A stretch of 63,871 bases of DNA, counting the filler, from Olpidium bornovanus S191 (taxonomy: Eukaryota > Fungi > Olpidiomycota), in assembly GCA_017911155.1 (NCBI GenBank). It is 31 parts of 31 records of this genome, joined end to end, with 100 filler letters (N's around TTAATTAATTAA, not from the genome) between each part and the next. Parts side by side here need not be neighbours in the genome. Positions count along the whole stretch, not along the records: positions 23,552 to 26,369 come from JAEFCI010004848.1; positions 26,470 to 28,116 come from JAEFCI010012864.1; positions 28,217 to 31,878 come from JAEFCI010012867.1; positions 31,979 to 33,002 come from JAEFCI010001896.1; positions 33,103 to 34,850 come from JAEFCI010011338.1; positions 34,951 to 35,971 come from JAEFCI010008735.1; positions 36,072 to 37,956 come from JAEFCI010011468.1; 24 more parts are not named here. The stretch is one strand, 5' to 3'. The position numbers and the translations under genes were made by a program. Shown in pieces: positions 24,759 through 36,206 of the stretch. The notes beneath the pieces were generated by a model. That model saw only the letters and a list, made by a program, of their open reading frames with translations. It ran no database searches and was not told the DNA's origin. Within the stretch, counting starts at the first letter, position 1; every line of letters starts with the position of its first letter.

Positions 24759-25262
24759 ACGTACATCGTTGAAAACCGCCGCTTTGATAATGTTTACCGC
24801 CTCTGCGATCCGTCGACCTCTCGTACGTGGTCTGTTAACGCCGATCGATTACGCTCCTTCACCGCTCGCTCCGTTCCACTCCCTGATGCCGCTCGCTTTC
24901 TCCAGACGAGCGTCGACGTCGATCCTACACTTCCGCGCGACATTCGCACCACCGCTGAAGATACTTTTCGCCAACCTTCGTCACGCCGGCCATCCCGGCG
25001 TGCCATGATCGTTAAACGCACTGCTGGCCGTACTCGCGCCGATTCCGAACCGGATCTTCGACAGTATGTGATCGATCATATAGTCGAACACACGCCACGC
25101 AAATGCAACATCTTGTACCGCATCCGTTGGGAATGATACACCCCCAAGGATGACACGTGGATACCCGCTACATCGTTCATAACGCATGACACCCTTCGCG
25201 AATATTGGGCTGAGGTAAAACGCAAGGACGCAGGAGCCTTCATCGCTCGCGCCTTCTGCTGA
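24759..25262 (+). mobile_element. Degenerate chromoviral Ty3/gypsy integrase C-terminus with chromodomain
   Basis: TYIVENRRFDNVYRL...VNADRLRSF (GPY/F region), then YVIDHIVEH...ILYRIRWE*YTPKDDTWIP...TLREYW. A TGA at 25134 replaces the conserved Gly. Confidence 0.85.
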
Positions 25263-27032
25263 ACGACCTCGAACCATCGACGAGGTCACCGCTCGTTGAA
25301 AATCCGCACACCGATTCATGCGTGCCCATACGCGTCCACGGTCACGGTCTCCCACACGGTGCGGCCTCGCCCCACCCTTGGGGACAACCACTCATTACGT
25401 TGTTCCAGCTGTGAGAGCCAGCTGAGGGACCATTGTCGGGCCACAACGTCCTGTCAATGTGTCAACCGACCGGTTACCGTTCGCCTCGTGCGCGCCTCTC
25501 CGTGGACAGGCAATACCGGCGCTCATCTCGCTTTGTTATGGGAACTCCTCGACTGCACGGTTTGAGCCTGGGAGTCGATGGGGGATCGAAGTCGAAAGAG
25601 GGATTCGCGTCCTTTCGCTTTTGCCTTGCTTCGATCTGCTTAGCGTCGTTGCTCTCGATCCCAGTGCATCCCGGTACACTGGTGGTGCTGACGGGCACCT
25701 TCCGCAAAACCGCCAGCCTGCTGGGGATTAGGGCTGTCCGAGAAGAAGGGTCGTCGGCTGGGTTTGATTCCACAGCACCCTTCGGTGATCGCCCCGCTGA
25801 TCGCCATGCCGTGGGAAAGCAGGCTTTCGACGATGCGCCCGCGACGCCGCAGTCATGTTCTTTTTTTGCACTCGTCCAGGAACATATGACGTCGAGCGTG
25901 TCCTGTTTTACCGCTGCCTTCGTTGACCGCTGCCTCCATGGCCCAACGACTCACCGCGTTATCTCCACAGAGTAGCCCCATTGTGAGCGCCATCGATACT
26001 CTGAAATCCGTCGAGCAAATCCGGCTGGCCTCTGCGGTCCTTTCGAAGCGTCGACGTGTGAACCGGTGCGCAACTGGGATCGCTCTTCCTTTGTCAGGCT
26101 GTGGATCTTACCAGACCATGAGGCGCCGACCATCGCCGCATGAGCACGCCAGAGACTCGTATCGTCTCCTGCTCCACATCGCTTTTTTTCGTTCCGTACA
26201 TCGTCCATCGCCGCTGCATCAATCGCATTGCTCGACCTCGATGCTCTACTCGAAATGCATCGCAAACGCCCCGATAACCACCGCCGTCGACTAATACCAC
26301 TGCAATTCGCCGATCGCTGACACACGTAGTCCTCTTTCTCCTGCTAGTACGCTTTTCCCGCTCGGGCAANNNNNNNNNNNNNNNNNNNNNNNNNNNNNNN
26401 NNNNNNNNNNNNNTTAATTAATTAANNNNNNNNNNNNNNNNNNNNNNNNNNNNNNNNNNNNNNNNNNNNAAAGAGTATTGTCACGGGAGAGCCGTAAACA
26501 ACATCCGCCGTGACAATAGAGAGGATTGTCGCGGACGGCATCCAGACTGACTGCCGGCAACAAAATTTGAGTTCTCAGCTCAATAGCATGAGGTTTAAAA
26601 AGATTACCACGACTCTTATTAGGTGCCGCAAGCTGAGACGCTTCTTTTCGTTCTCGGTGATGAGACCATGCTGCACTCACCGCGGTTTGTTAACTCCAAC
26701 AAACCCCGCTAAATTTTTGCCCTCGTTGGAACGGGATCTTTATGGTCATTGAAGTTTTGAAGTCCGGCAATGTTCTTCATCTTTTGTGATGCTACGCGCA
26801 TGCTAGAAGCTCAACCTTAACCTTAAAATTGCATTATTTCATTCACGAGAAAGACCAGGGTACCCCTGGCATAGTTGTTCCGCCACTAAGCCGCTTCGCG
26901 ACCCCGGGGAACGCAAAGTCCCGCCTCTCTCTGTCTCGTCTCCCTTTTTCTCGTCCGCGCCGGCCACCCCCTCCCCCTCGCGCGGGCGCGGCGCCCTCGC
27001 TGCGCAGCCTTGTCGTCCTTCCCCTGTTGCCC

Positions 27033-28116
27033 ATGCGGTGCGCCGCCGCTCAGCTCGCGGCGGACGCGCGGGCTGCTGCTGCGCGCGCGCGCCAGAGGCG
27101 CTGCCCTGCGGCGGCCGCGAACTCGAAGCCCGACGTCTGGCTCGTGCCGACGATCGCTTGGGAGCTACCGGCTGATGCCGGTGCCGCGAAACGCCCCGAA
27201 ACCGCGGCCCGCCCCGCACAAGCCTCGAACCCGCGCGTCCGCTCCGGCAACGTCTGGAGCGTGCCGACCGCCTGGGAGCTACCGGCTGATGCCGGCGTCG
27301 CCGCGGAGCGTCCCTGGACCATGGCAAATCCGACGGCGGTTTTGCCCCCGTGTCGCACCGACGGATCGGCCACCTGGACTTTTCCACGGGCAACGGGGCC
27401 GGCGGCCTGCGGGGTCGCTCCCGAATTTTCGTACGTCGCCCCGTCGTCAACGGATCTCTCGATCCTTTCCGTGGTTCGACCCAGGGACGCCCAGTCGGTC
27501 CAAATCCTGCGGTTGATCCATTGCCAGAAGGGAGTGAATGCCTTCGAGAGGGTGCGGCTTTTCGGCTACATCCGGTTCAAGCTGATGGAGCTCAACGCGC
27601 ACGTGGCCTCCGACGACGGCCAGGGCCTAAAACGAGGACTGGCTGAGATAGCGCGGCTGCAGGTTTTTGGGAAGAGGACATACCTCATTGCCGACGCGCT
27701 TCTCGCCGCCAAGTCTCTCTTTTTCCCGGAACTAGCCTCCGAAGTCGACCTGTGGTTGGAACGACTCGCCGATTGCGACGGCTCGCCAAAGGGGATCCCG
27801 TACATTCCTCAGCGATCGAAGTGGCTTCTATTGCCTCCGTCTTTGCTTGCCGAAGCAGCGGGAGAGCGGACGCCCGAGAAGCCTATGTCGACTGCGAGCA
27901 TCATGATGGTGCTGCAGGAAACCGGGTATTTATCGCATATGACAATTAGCAAACAGATCGTCATGGAACAATGTCGGCTAGAGAACGACGTTGCGGGCAT
28001 GAAGATGGTACTTGAAGAGGTCGTCCCTCAGTGGTTAGACGACGAAATCGCCAGCTGCGAACGGTATCTCAGACACGTCATCCACCACGGCGAGTACGAG
28101 AAAGCTGTGGACTTCT
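27033..28116 (+). CDS. Probable mitochondrial alpha-helical repeat (PPR-like) protein, N-terminal part
   Basis: Long uninterrupted ORF with an Arg/Ala-rich presequence-like start and a helical C-terminal region (CERYLRHVIHHGEYEKAVDF). The PPR assignment is inference only. Confidence 0.4.
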
Positions 28117-28748
28117 NNNNNNNNNNNNNNNNNNNNNNNNNNNNNNNNNNNNNNNNNNNNTTAATTAATTAANNNNNNNNNNNNNNNNNNNNNNNNNNNN
28201 NNNNNNNNNNNNNNNNCATGATCTTTTGTGTGGCTACTGTCCACCTGCGGGGGGACCCGTAGGTCCCACTACGGTATCCGCCGCACCAATTCTGGACCAC
28301 GGAAACGGCCGTATCTGGGCCACAAATTAATTCCATGTCGCACCGAGCGGGAGAAACTCTCCTAACCGGAAGACCACAGAACCTCATCGTAACTGCATAC
28401 GTTCATCGGCCGTCAGGAGGTCGGGTCGTCTCGTCCGTGTGCGCCGGTTCCGTTGCAGAGCTGCCAAGAGGGTGGGTGAAGGCGGGAGTTAGGGTTTCTC
28501 TTCGGCGGCGTTGATCCGTGCCATACGCCACCGCGTTTTACCATTTGGCTGGCCGGCAGCGCATGGAGTCTACAAACTGCGGTTTACCAGTACGGGGCGG
28601 AGGGGAGGGGGGAGGTGACGGGGAGAGAGGGGTAGTCTAGAACGTGCGCCGCTACTGCGGAAACGCAAAGACGGTGGACAAAATGCACGGGGAGGCGGGG
28701 AGGAGGAGCGGCAAAAGTGGGAAGAAGGACCAAGGGGCCCGGACACCG

Positions 28749-31145
28749 CTACCTCGCACCGTCTGCCAAATAGGGCAGCTGCGGCGCGGACAGGGTGACA
28801 ACGTGGGTGCCCATCCGGCTCCGCTTCTCAGGCGAGGTGCCCCGTGATGGTGTGGGCGAGAGAGCGACGGCATACTCCTGGTATGGGTGGCGATGTGGTC
28901 GATCGGAATGCGGGGAGTGGTCGTGCTGTCTGCGGCGGGCTTTTAGATTTGGTGTGGACCCCGGTGAGCACCGTCCGGTTGTTGTCGGCGATCCCCTAGC
29001 GGCAAAAACATAGGACTCCGTTTTCGGCGACGTCGTCCGTGCGACCGGCTTGGCCGCAGACGTCCTTGGGGAGCATGCGCTCAACAACCTCGCGTTGGGA
29101 GAGATGCGCGCGGTGCAGGTCGATGGCGAAGATTGGGCGAAGCAGCAGGGGAAGGACGCGGCCAGAAAAGAAGACGGGGTGGATCTGAAAGTCAAATGCC
29201 GTATGGTTCCGCTCAGCGTATGGGGACTGAACGTCCTGTTGGTCTTCATCAACAACAGGAGCTGCGCGGCCGCTGCGTTTTGTGACGGATGGAGAATGAT
29301 TTCAGAGGGAAACGACACGCGCCATGTGTCCTCTTCTAGATCGCCGGCCGCTCTGCTGCTTTCGCTAGCTGTCGCCGCGAATCTCTCATTGGGTTCCGAG
29401 GCTTCGCTCCGATAAGCATAAAATTTTCGCCGATCGGGTCGTGGAGACGCCGGCGGAAGTGTCGCAGAGAGGTCTCCTTCGCTAGCTGCAGAATTGACGG
29501 CCACCTTGGTGCTTACTTTGGGTGCGCTCGAGCCATCGAAGAAGCTGGCGTCTGCAGGTGTTAAAGGCGGTTGCGGCGACCGAGTGACGGGGGTCGGAAA
29601 TGGGCCCATCGAGGTTCGGCACGTGTTCCACACGCAACCAATCACCGGAGAACATCCGTGTGAGGAGGAGCCGGCGCTCGGACACCGCCGCAAGCCCGGT
29701 CCAAGAGACGGCCAAATCTCTGAACACTGACTCCACCGTCGGCCGGCAACTGAGTCCGTTCCAGTGGCCGGCACAGTGCCCAGGCCATAAACAAACCTTG
29801 CGGTTGCAAGAAGTCCCGAGCTGTGCACCACGAGCCCGCGCAGCGTTGAACTCGTAGATATATCGCTTCTTGCGACGTTACCCGCGTTGAACCTGGTCCG
29901 AGGAGACGAAGGCCCCATGTCGTCTCGCAGGGTTAAACTATCCGAGATATCCGAGCAAGCTTCCTGTGCCAGCGATTTCAAGCCCTCCCCTTTGTACAGG
30001 CTGGATAGCCGCGCGTAGTCCGTCACGGCTTCCATTCCGTTGACTCCTTCGGAGTCATCATCGAAAGTCTCCCATCCTCCACAAAGCTGGTCAGCGGCAC
30101 TGGGGGTTCCAGGCTGCTCGTAGCCAAACACACTGCCGCAGGACACACTCTCGCTTCGATCACTCAAATTTGCGACGCTATCTTCGTAGGTGGCGTCAGG
30201 TCCGTCTCCACGCAACGCCTCAGCGCCGCGGCGCTGCCAGGCCTCCTGCAGATACCGCAGTGACAGCGTGTGCACCATCGCCGGCAGGTCGTCCTGGAAG
30301 AGTGAACGCAGCTGCTTTTCGATCTCCGCCTGCAGAAAACGTTGCACGTTCGGCATACCATCGAAGGTTGACGAGACGTCCACCCGTTCAACCGGGTCAT
30401 TCTTGAACGCCAGTGTCACGCCACGGTGTTGGTCGACAACGAGCACAACAATTCCGTTTAGGCAAAGGGAGCTTATGCGGAGTCGCATCGGGAGAACCAG
30501 CGGCTCGGCGGCAAGGACGTCCTGCCGCGGGTTCCCAAGGATGCTTATGCCCGTTCTCCGCGGCGTCACGGGGTTCGCCTGAACGCAAGAGCAACGGTGT
30601 AAGGCTCACCGGTGTCGATGCACAGCAGAAGGCACCGCGTCTGCCACCCAATATAATCCCTTTATCCAATAATTCGATATTATATACCGTAACTAACTTA
30701 CCTGTAAAGTGCAATACCAGTAATAATTATTATTTATACCACTAAAAGGACTTGAACACTAAACCAGTATTGCACGGCCAACTCAGCGACTGACGCACCT
30801 GGACCTTTGTCTCCAGTACTACGAAAGCGTCTCCCAAGTACGTGAACTTGAATATGCCCCGAAACTTTTCTTCCGTCAGTTCGCTGATCTCCAGGATCTC
30901 CAGTTCCGGCGGCTGGGTGGGTGTGGGGAGAGAAGACACGACCCGATCGTTACACAAGCTCGTTCTGTAAAAGACGCGGGCGAAGAGAAGGGACTGACCA
31001 CGGAACCCATGTTGAGCTCCTTCACGACGATGTCAGAGACTATGTTGGTCGGCTTGCTGCCCTTGTTCAACGCGCCGTTCAGCAGCCGCCGTGCGTCTGC
31101 CAAGAGCTCGCTGTTGAACTCCGGCCAGTTGAACCTGAACGCCAT
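28749..31145 (-). CDS. MDM34: ERMES complex subunit Mdm34 (complete, 3 exons)
   Basis: MAFRFNWPEF, NKGSKPTNIVSDIVVKELNMG/PPELEILEI..FRGIFKFTYLGDA..LETKVQ/ANP..LAAEPLVLPMRL..GIVVLV..GVTLAFKNDP..VSSTFD..LRSLFQDDLP. Exons 31145-30999, ..30799 and 30578-28749. Confidence 0.95.
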
Positions 31146-31987
31146 CGCTGACCACGAGACGCGGCGGCGGCGCGTAGGGACGGGGCGTCGTGGAACTGGC
31201 GCGAGGAAGCGGGTTTCCGGTAGGGCGACAAGCGCCGACGCCCGTCCCCGCCTCCGCAAAGTCCGACGGTTTGTTTCGCGGGCCCACGTGCGGCCAGTCG
31301 CGAAGGGACCGGTTTTGTTCCGCGGTCCCGCACTCTGGCCGAGGCGGCCACTGGACAGGCGGTACGAACTGCGCAGCTCCGTCCCTTGCAGCCAGCAACG
31401 CGCGGCGGCGGGTCGAGCCGGCGGCGGGAGGGAGCGCGGAAGCCGCGGGGGCACACCCGGAGCGACGACGACCGGGCGCTCTCTCCTCCGTTTCGCCCCG
31501 TCCGAACCGGCCGGGGTTTTTCCGCCCCCGCCCGGTGCCCACTTGAAAGCGGGGCGCCCCCAAAAAACGCAGAATTTCCTCTTCTCGGCGCCCCTTTTGC
31601 AGCGCCGGATTTTCGTCGAGAAATGGCTTTTGCTGCGAACGACAACCCGCGGCTGATCCCTTCCCGCTGCATCGCCATGTCCCCGCGGCGTCGCCGTGCC
31701 CCTGCTGCCCGCCAGGGGAATCCCGGTCAACGCACATTGCCTCGGATTCATTTCAAGACGCGACAGGAGGTGGCAGCTCCCGCGTTCGGAACGCAGAAAA
31801 GGGCGCTCAACACGTACACACTGTTCAAGAAGCAAGGTCGAGGCAGCCAAATTGGCGGCGGTAACGGAGATGACATGCNNNNNNNNNNNNNNNNNNNNNN
31901 NNNNNNNNNNNNNNNNNNNNNNTTAATTAATTAANNNNNNNNNNNNNNNNNNNNNNNNNNNNNNNNNNNNNNNNNNNNCATGAAATC

Positions 31988-32498
31988 TTCCGCCCGTCCC
32001 GGTTCACCCGCGTCCGCGTTCCAATAAATTGACCGCGGGCGCCAATGTTCACACGCGACGCCCTTTACCGGTCCTTGGACCTCCGTCCTCCCGTGCCGCC
32101 CACCCGTTCCGCCCGTCCCGGTTCACCACGAAACACTGCGTCCGCGTTCCAATAAATCGACCCCCGGCGCCAATGTCCACACGCGACGCTCTCTACCCGT
32201 CCTTTGCTCTCCGTCCTCCCGCGCCGTCCACCCGTTCCGCCCGAGCGTTGGTCCCGGCCCTCTTTATTAGCCCCCTCCCCCAATAAACCGGACACAACGC
32301 GCACGGACGCGCCGGCCGCGTATGGAGCCCGCCGCAACCCCCCAACCTCGCCTCCTTTCCCCCCCTAGCCCCCTTTCCCCCCGCCCCGCCGCCCTCACCG
32401 CCCTTCCCGCCCGCCTCCCTCACCGCCCGCCCCCCTCACCGCCCTTCCCGCCCGACTCCTTCCCGCCCGCCGCCGGCGCTTGCCCCGCGGGTATAAAA
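31988..32498 (+). promoter_or_regulatory. Promoter with a tandem ~120-bp duplication (CCAAT and ACGCG motifs) and TATA box
   Basis: Units 31988-32106 and 32107-32234 each carry two CCAAT boxes and ACACGCGAC. TATAAAA at 32492-32498; GTAAGT donors downstream suggest a 5-prime UTR intron. The CDS is not in the contig. Confidence 0.5.
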
Positions 32499-33102
32499 GG
32501 CGTCCGCTCTCCGCCAAAAAAAAAACCTCCCTCCCGCACCGACAACCCTTACTGCCACCTACCTGCGGCTTTCGACCTCGTTTTTTCCTTCGCGGACCCG
32601 GTGCGGTTTCTAGCCCGGAGGAGTCGCCGCCGCCGGCAAGCCCTGAGGCCGCCTTCGGAACCGTCAACGCGCGCGTCGTAGGCCTGTAAGTCCGACTGGG
32701 TCGGCTGGCCTCGCAAACGACCCCCGCGATTTTGGTAAGTTACCTTTTTTTTCCTGCTTGCCTGTATACTTTTTTTCTAATTTCTAGTTCGGCGTTTGGT
32801 GCAATAAAGAACCCTGAGCTAACATTTTTTTGATCCGACTTTCCAACGCACACAGCATAGGCCTCGCAAGTCCGGCGCTGTCGGCAGGCCGCGGTTCCCA
32901 GGCGAGTGGCCCCTCAGGGTCAAGGGCCGGTGGCCGCAGCCCCGGGAAGGCCTTATGGCCGGGACCACCGGACTCTGCTGCCGCGCCGGTGCTCGCTCCC
33001 CCNNNNNNNNNNNNNNNNNNNNNNNNNNNNNNNNNNNNNNNNNNNNTTAATTAATTAANNNNNNNNNNNNNNNNNNNNNNNNNNNNNNNNNNNNNNNNNN
33101 NN

Positions 33103-34850
33103 CATGAACGCGATTTGCGGATTTTAAAAGAGGTGGAAAACTTATTGTCGGCATTTACGCACTGTTTGCGAACGTAATTGCATCGACTGATTGACGGACA
33201 TCATTTTGTGCAACAAAGGCACTTACGGCACTGTCGGAGGAAGCTGCCGAGGATGAGCAGCATCGGATGCGGTTCCAGGACAAATGGACCCGTCCGCCGT
33301 CTTCTGTTTTGACGAAAAGTTTGATGGACCAAGGAGCGAAGCACATGGCGAACCTTGAGGCTGCCAAGAAGTCGGACGCCATCGTAAAGAAGAAGCTCGC
33401 CGAGTATAGTCCCGCGATTGAGGTCTTAGGCAGGAGCAGAGTGCGTGAGAAGGTTTGGGGGGCGGTCCGAAGGCCTGTTCATATTGTGCTGTTGTTCGCT
33501 GACACAGTCGGCACGGGCCCTCGTACCGTGCCAGAAAGACCTGGAGGCCGCCGTGCCGCAATCTCTCAACGTATCGCCCGAGCAACACGAGAGTGTTGCA
33601 AAACTGCGGCAGTTGATGGACGAAACGGATCGGATGAGACGCCAGCGCAAGGATCGCATCGATGAGGCGCGCAAGATCTCGGAGGCCGACGACATCGGTA
33701 TGCGTTCCGCCGGATATCCACCGGCGCCGCCTAGGTTCACGTATTCCGGCCGCTGACAATGATGGCATTTTTGTGCGGGCGTTCGCAGGGCCCGCGTTAT
33801 TGGCCGCGGCCTCTGTCGCGTCGTCACAAACACCCGGTGGTATTGTCCGGATCGACGAATCGCAGTTCGAGGAGCTCTTTGCCGAAAGCCTGCAGAAGTA
33901 CGACGAGCTAAGGCGCCAAGTGAAAGAGGACTGCGAGACGCAGGAAAAACTGCTCGGTGCGATAACGGTCAGTCCCTCGGCGGTGAAACTTCCATTGCGG
34001 ATTCTGCGGACGCGGTACGGTCGAATCTTCGCTTGCTGGATCTAATCTTGCGTACTCCTCCGCCGCCGCCAAACACGCCTTCCCAGGAAGCAAACAAGAA
34101 CTTTGTCGCATCCCGGCGGAACAACCCAGGCGCCCACGAACGTGACAAGGCGATCCAGAATCTGAATTCTGCGTACGACAAATTCCGCCAGATTTCGGCA
34201 AATCTTCAGGAGGGCCAAAAGTTTTACCTGCAGTTTGAGGACGTGTTATCCGAGTTTGGGAGCAATTGCAAGGACTACTGCTACGCACGGAAGATGGAGA
34301 GCAACGACTACCTGAGGTAGGTATTCACTTAACGCAAACGGCAGGACGCTCTTGTGAATCCATTTGTCGGTCTTGAACGTGGATCTGTCAAGAGGTCGGG
34401 AAGCGAAAGCATTTTTTTTTTTTTACGAATCCTGCATCGTTTGCCTTCCACCTCGCAGCGATTTGATGGCCCGCGTAACAGGCATGAACATTGGCGACCG
34501 CGCCGGCGCCAACACACCGGCGGAAGCCCCCGGTCCCAAGCCACCGCTACCGCCGCGGCATTACGGCTACGGACCATGGAACGTCGCGGTGACGCACCAG
34601 CAGCAGCCGCCGCCGGGCGGCGTCTGGCGCCCAGAGGCCGAGCTGAACTACACCCGCGCCCCGCCGTCTTCGTACTCGCACAGCGACGGCGGCGGAATTG
34701 GCGGCCAGCAGCAAGGCGTGCCGGCTGGGCATGACGCGTTCCCCTACCCGCAGTATCCGGCGGCGGCCCCTCAACAAGCGCAGCAGCAGCAGCAGCAGCA
34801 GCCGCAACAGCCGCAACAGCACGGGGCGTGGAATCCAAGCATACCGCTGA
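33103..34850 (+). CDS. palA: BRO1/ALIX-family protein V-domain and Pro/Gln-rich tail, PalA/Rim20-like (partial)
   Basis: RFQDKWTRPPS, LEAAKKSDAIV, ADDI/GPAL, FEELFAESLQKYD, ERDKAIQNLNSAYDKF..NLQEGQKFY, YCYARKME, GAWNPSIPL. BRO1 itself is not excluded. Confidence 0.75.
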
Positions 34851-35183
34851 NNNNNNNNNNNNNNNNNNNNNNNNNNNNNNNNNNNNNNNNNNNNTTAATT
34901 AATTAANNNNNNNNNNNNNNNNNNNNNNNNNNNNNNNNNNNNNNNNNNNNGGGGGGCGGGGGCGCGCGCGCGCGGGGCACGAGCCAGGGCCGGGGGCCCC
35001 CCCCCCCCCCCCCCCCTTTCGGCACGCGCGCCCGCCCGCGGGTTGCGCGCCAGATTTTCCAACGGCGCGGCTGCCTCCGTCTGCGGGGTGGGTGTGGGCA
35101 AACAGAGGAAAAAAGAGGGAAAAAAAAAAAAAAGACCCACCTGTCCCTTCCCCACCCCCTCTTTCCGCTTCCCGCCGTTCTTC

Positions 35184-35280
35184 CTCTCTCTCTCAGTCTC
35201 TCAGTCTTTCTCTCCCTCTCTCTCAGTCTCTCTCTCAGTCTCTCTCTCAGTCTCTCTCTCAGTCTCTCTCTCTCTCTCCT
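35184..35280 (+). repeat. (TC)nAG compound microsatellite in the NoxA leader
   Basis: Repeated TCTCTCTCAG units upstream of the ATG at 35459. Confidence 0.85.
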
Positions 35281-35458
35281 CCTCCTGCTCCGTCTCTCCT
35301 CTCCTTCCCTCTCCGCCCCCGAGCGCGCCCGCTCTCTCGCGCTGCGCAAACGCGACGCGCCCTTTTCCCCCACTCCTCCCGCTTCCCCCTCCCCCCACCC
35401 CCGAACGGACACCCGCCCCCTGCAGTGCGCCGCTCAACCTTGCCCCCCCTCCTCGACC

Positions 35459-35786
35459 ATGGCGGACTGGACCGTGCGGCGGCTGCTATTCTACCTCGTC
35501 TGGGCCGCGATCCACTTCGGCCTGTTCGCCTACGGTTGGTATACGCAGGAGAGCGATGACGAGCTCAGCAACCTCAACGTGCTGCGCTTCTCGGTGTGGG
35601 CGTCGCGGGGCGCGGGCCTCGTGCTGGCGTTCGATTCGGCGGTGATCCTGGTGCCGCTGTGTCGGAACACGATCCGCCTGCTGCGCGGCCCGACGGTTAA
35701 CAAGTTCCTGCCGACGGACGAGAACATCTGGCTGCACAAGATCACGGCGTACAGCATGCTGTTGTTCACCGGGGTCCACGTCATGG
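35459..35786 (+). CDS. noxA: NADPH oxidase A (gp91phox-like), first exon
   Basis: LFAYGWYTQ..LNVLRFSVWASRGAGLVLAFD..ILVPLCRN..PTDENIWLHK..AYSMLLFTGVH; donor G|GTACGC at 35787. Confidence 0.92.
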
Positions 35787-35884
35787 GTACGCACGCGTTT
35801 TTGTTCGTTCGTTCGTTTCGTTCTCTCCGGGCGACGGCCGTGGACCGAGATCGCTCGGCGCCTGATATGCGCGAGCCCCCTTCC

Positions 35885-35945
<61 letters not shown>

Positions 35946-36071
35946 CGCCCCCCCCGCCCCCCCCCCCCCCCNNNNNNNNNNNNNNNNNNNNNNNNNNNNN
36001 NNNNNNNNNNNNNNNTTAATTAATTAANNNNNNNNNNNNNNNNNNNNNNNNNNNNNNNNNNNNNNNNNNNN

Positions 36072-36206
36072 CATGAGATCGAACCTGAACTTCTCCAATG
36101 CGTCCTCTTTCATCTGGAACGCTTTTTTGGTTTCGAAATTGTACAGGTGTGCGTGGCGGATAGAGCCGTACGCAACACCACCGATCAGCGCGGCCCAGCG
36201 CGCGTA
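36072..36206 (-). CDS. Probable ATP synthase subunit e (Tim11) exon
   Basis: After a CAG acceptor: YARWAALIGGVAYGSIRHAHLYNFETKKAFQMKEDALEK. This matches the RxSALxxGxxYG TM plus coiled-coil pattern of subunit e. Exon 1 was not located. Confidence 0.5.

Noticed and set aside
24981-25391. Minus-strand ORF that reads like a viral protein (DVAFAWRVFDYMIDHIL...)
   Set aside because: It is the antisense shadow of the plus-strand integrase/chromodomain.
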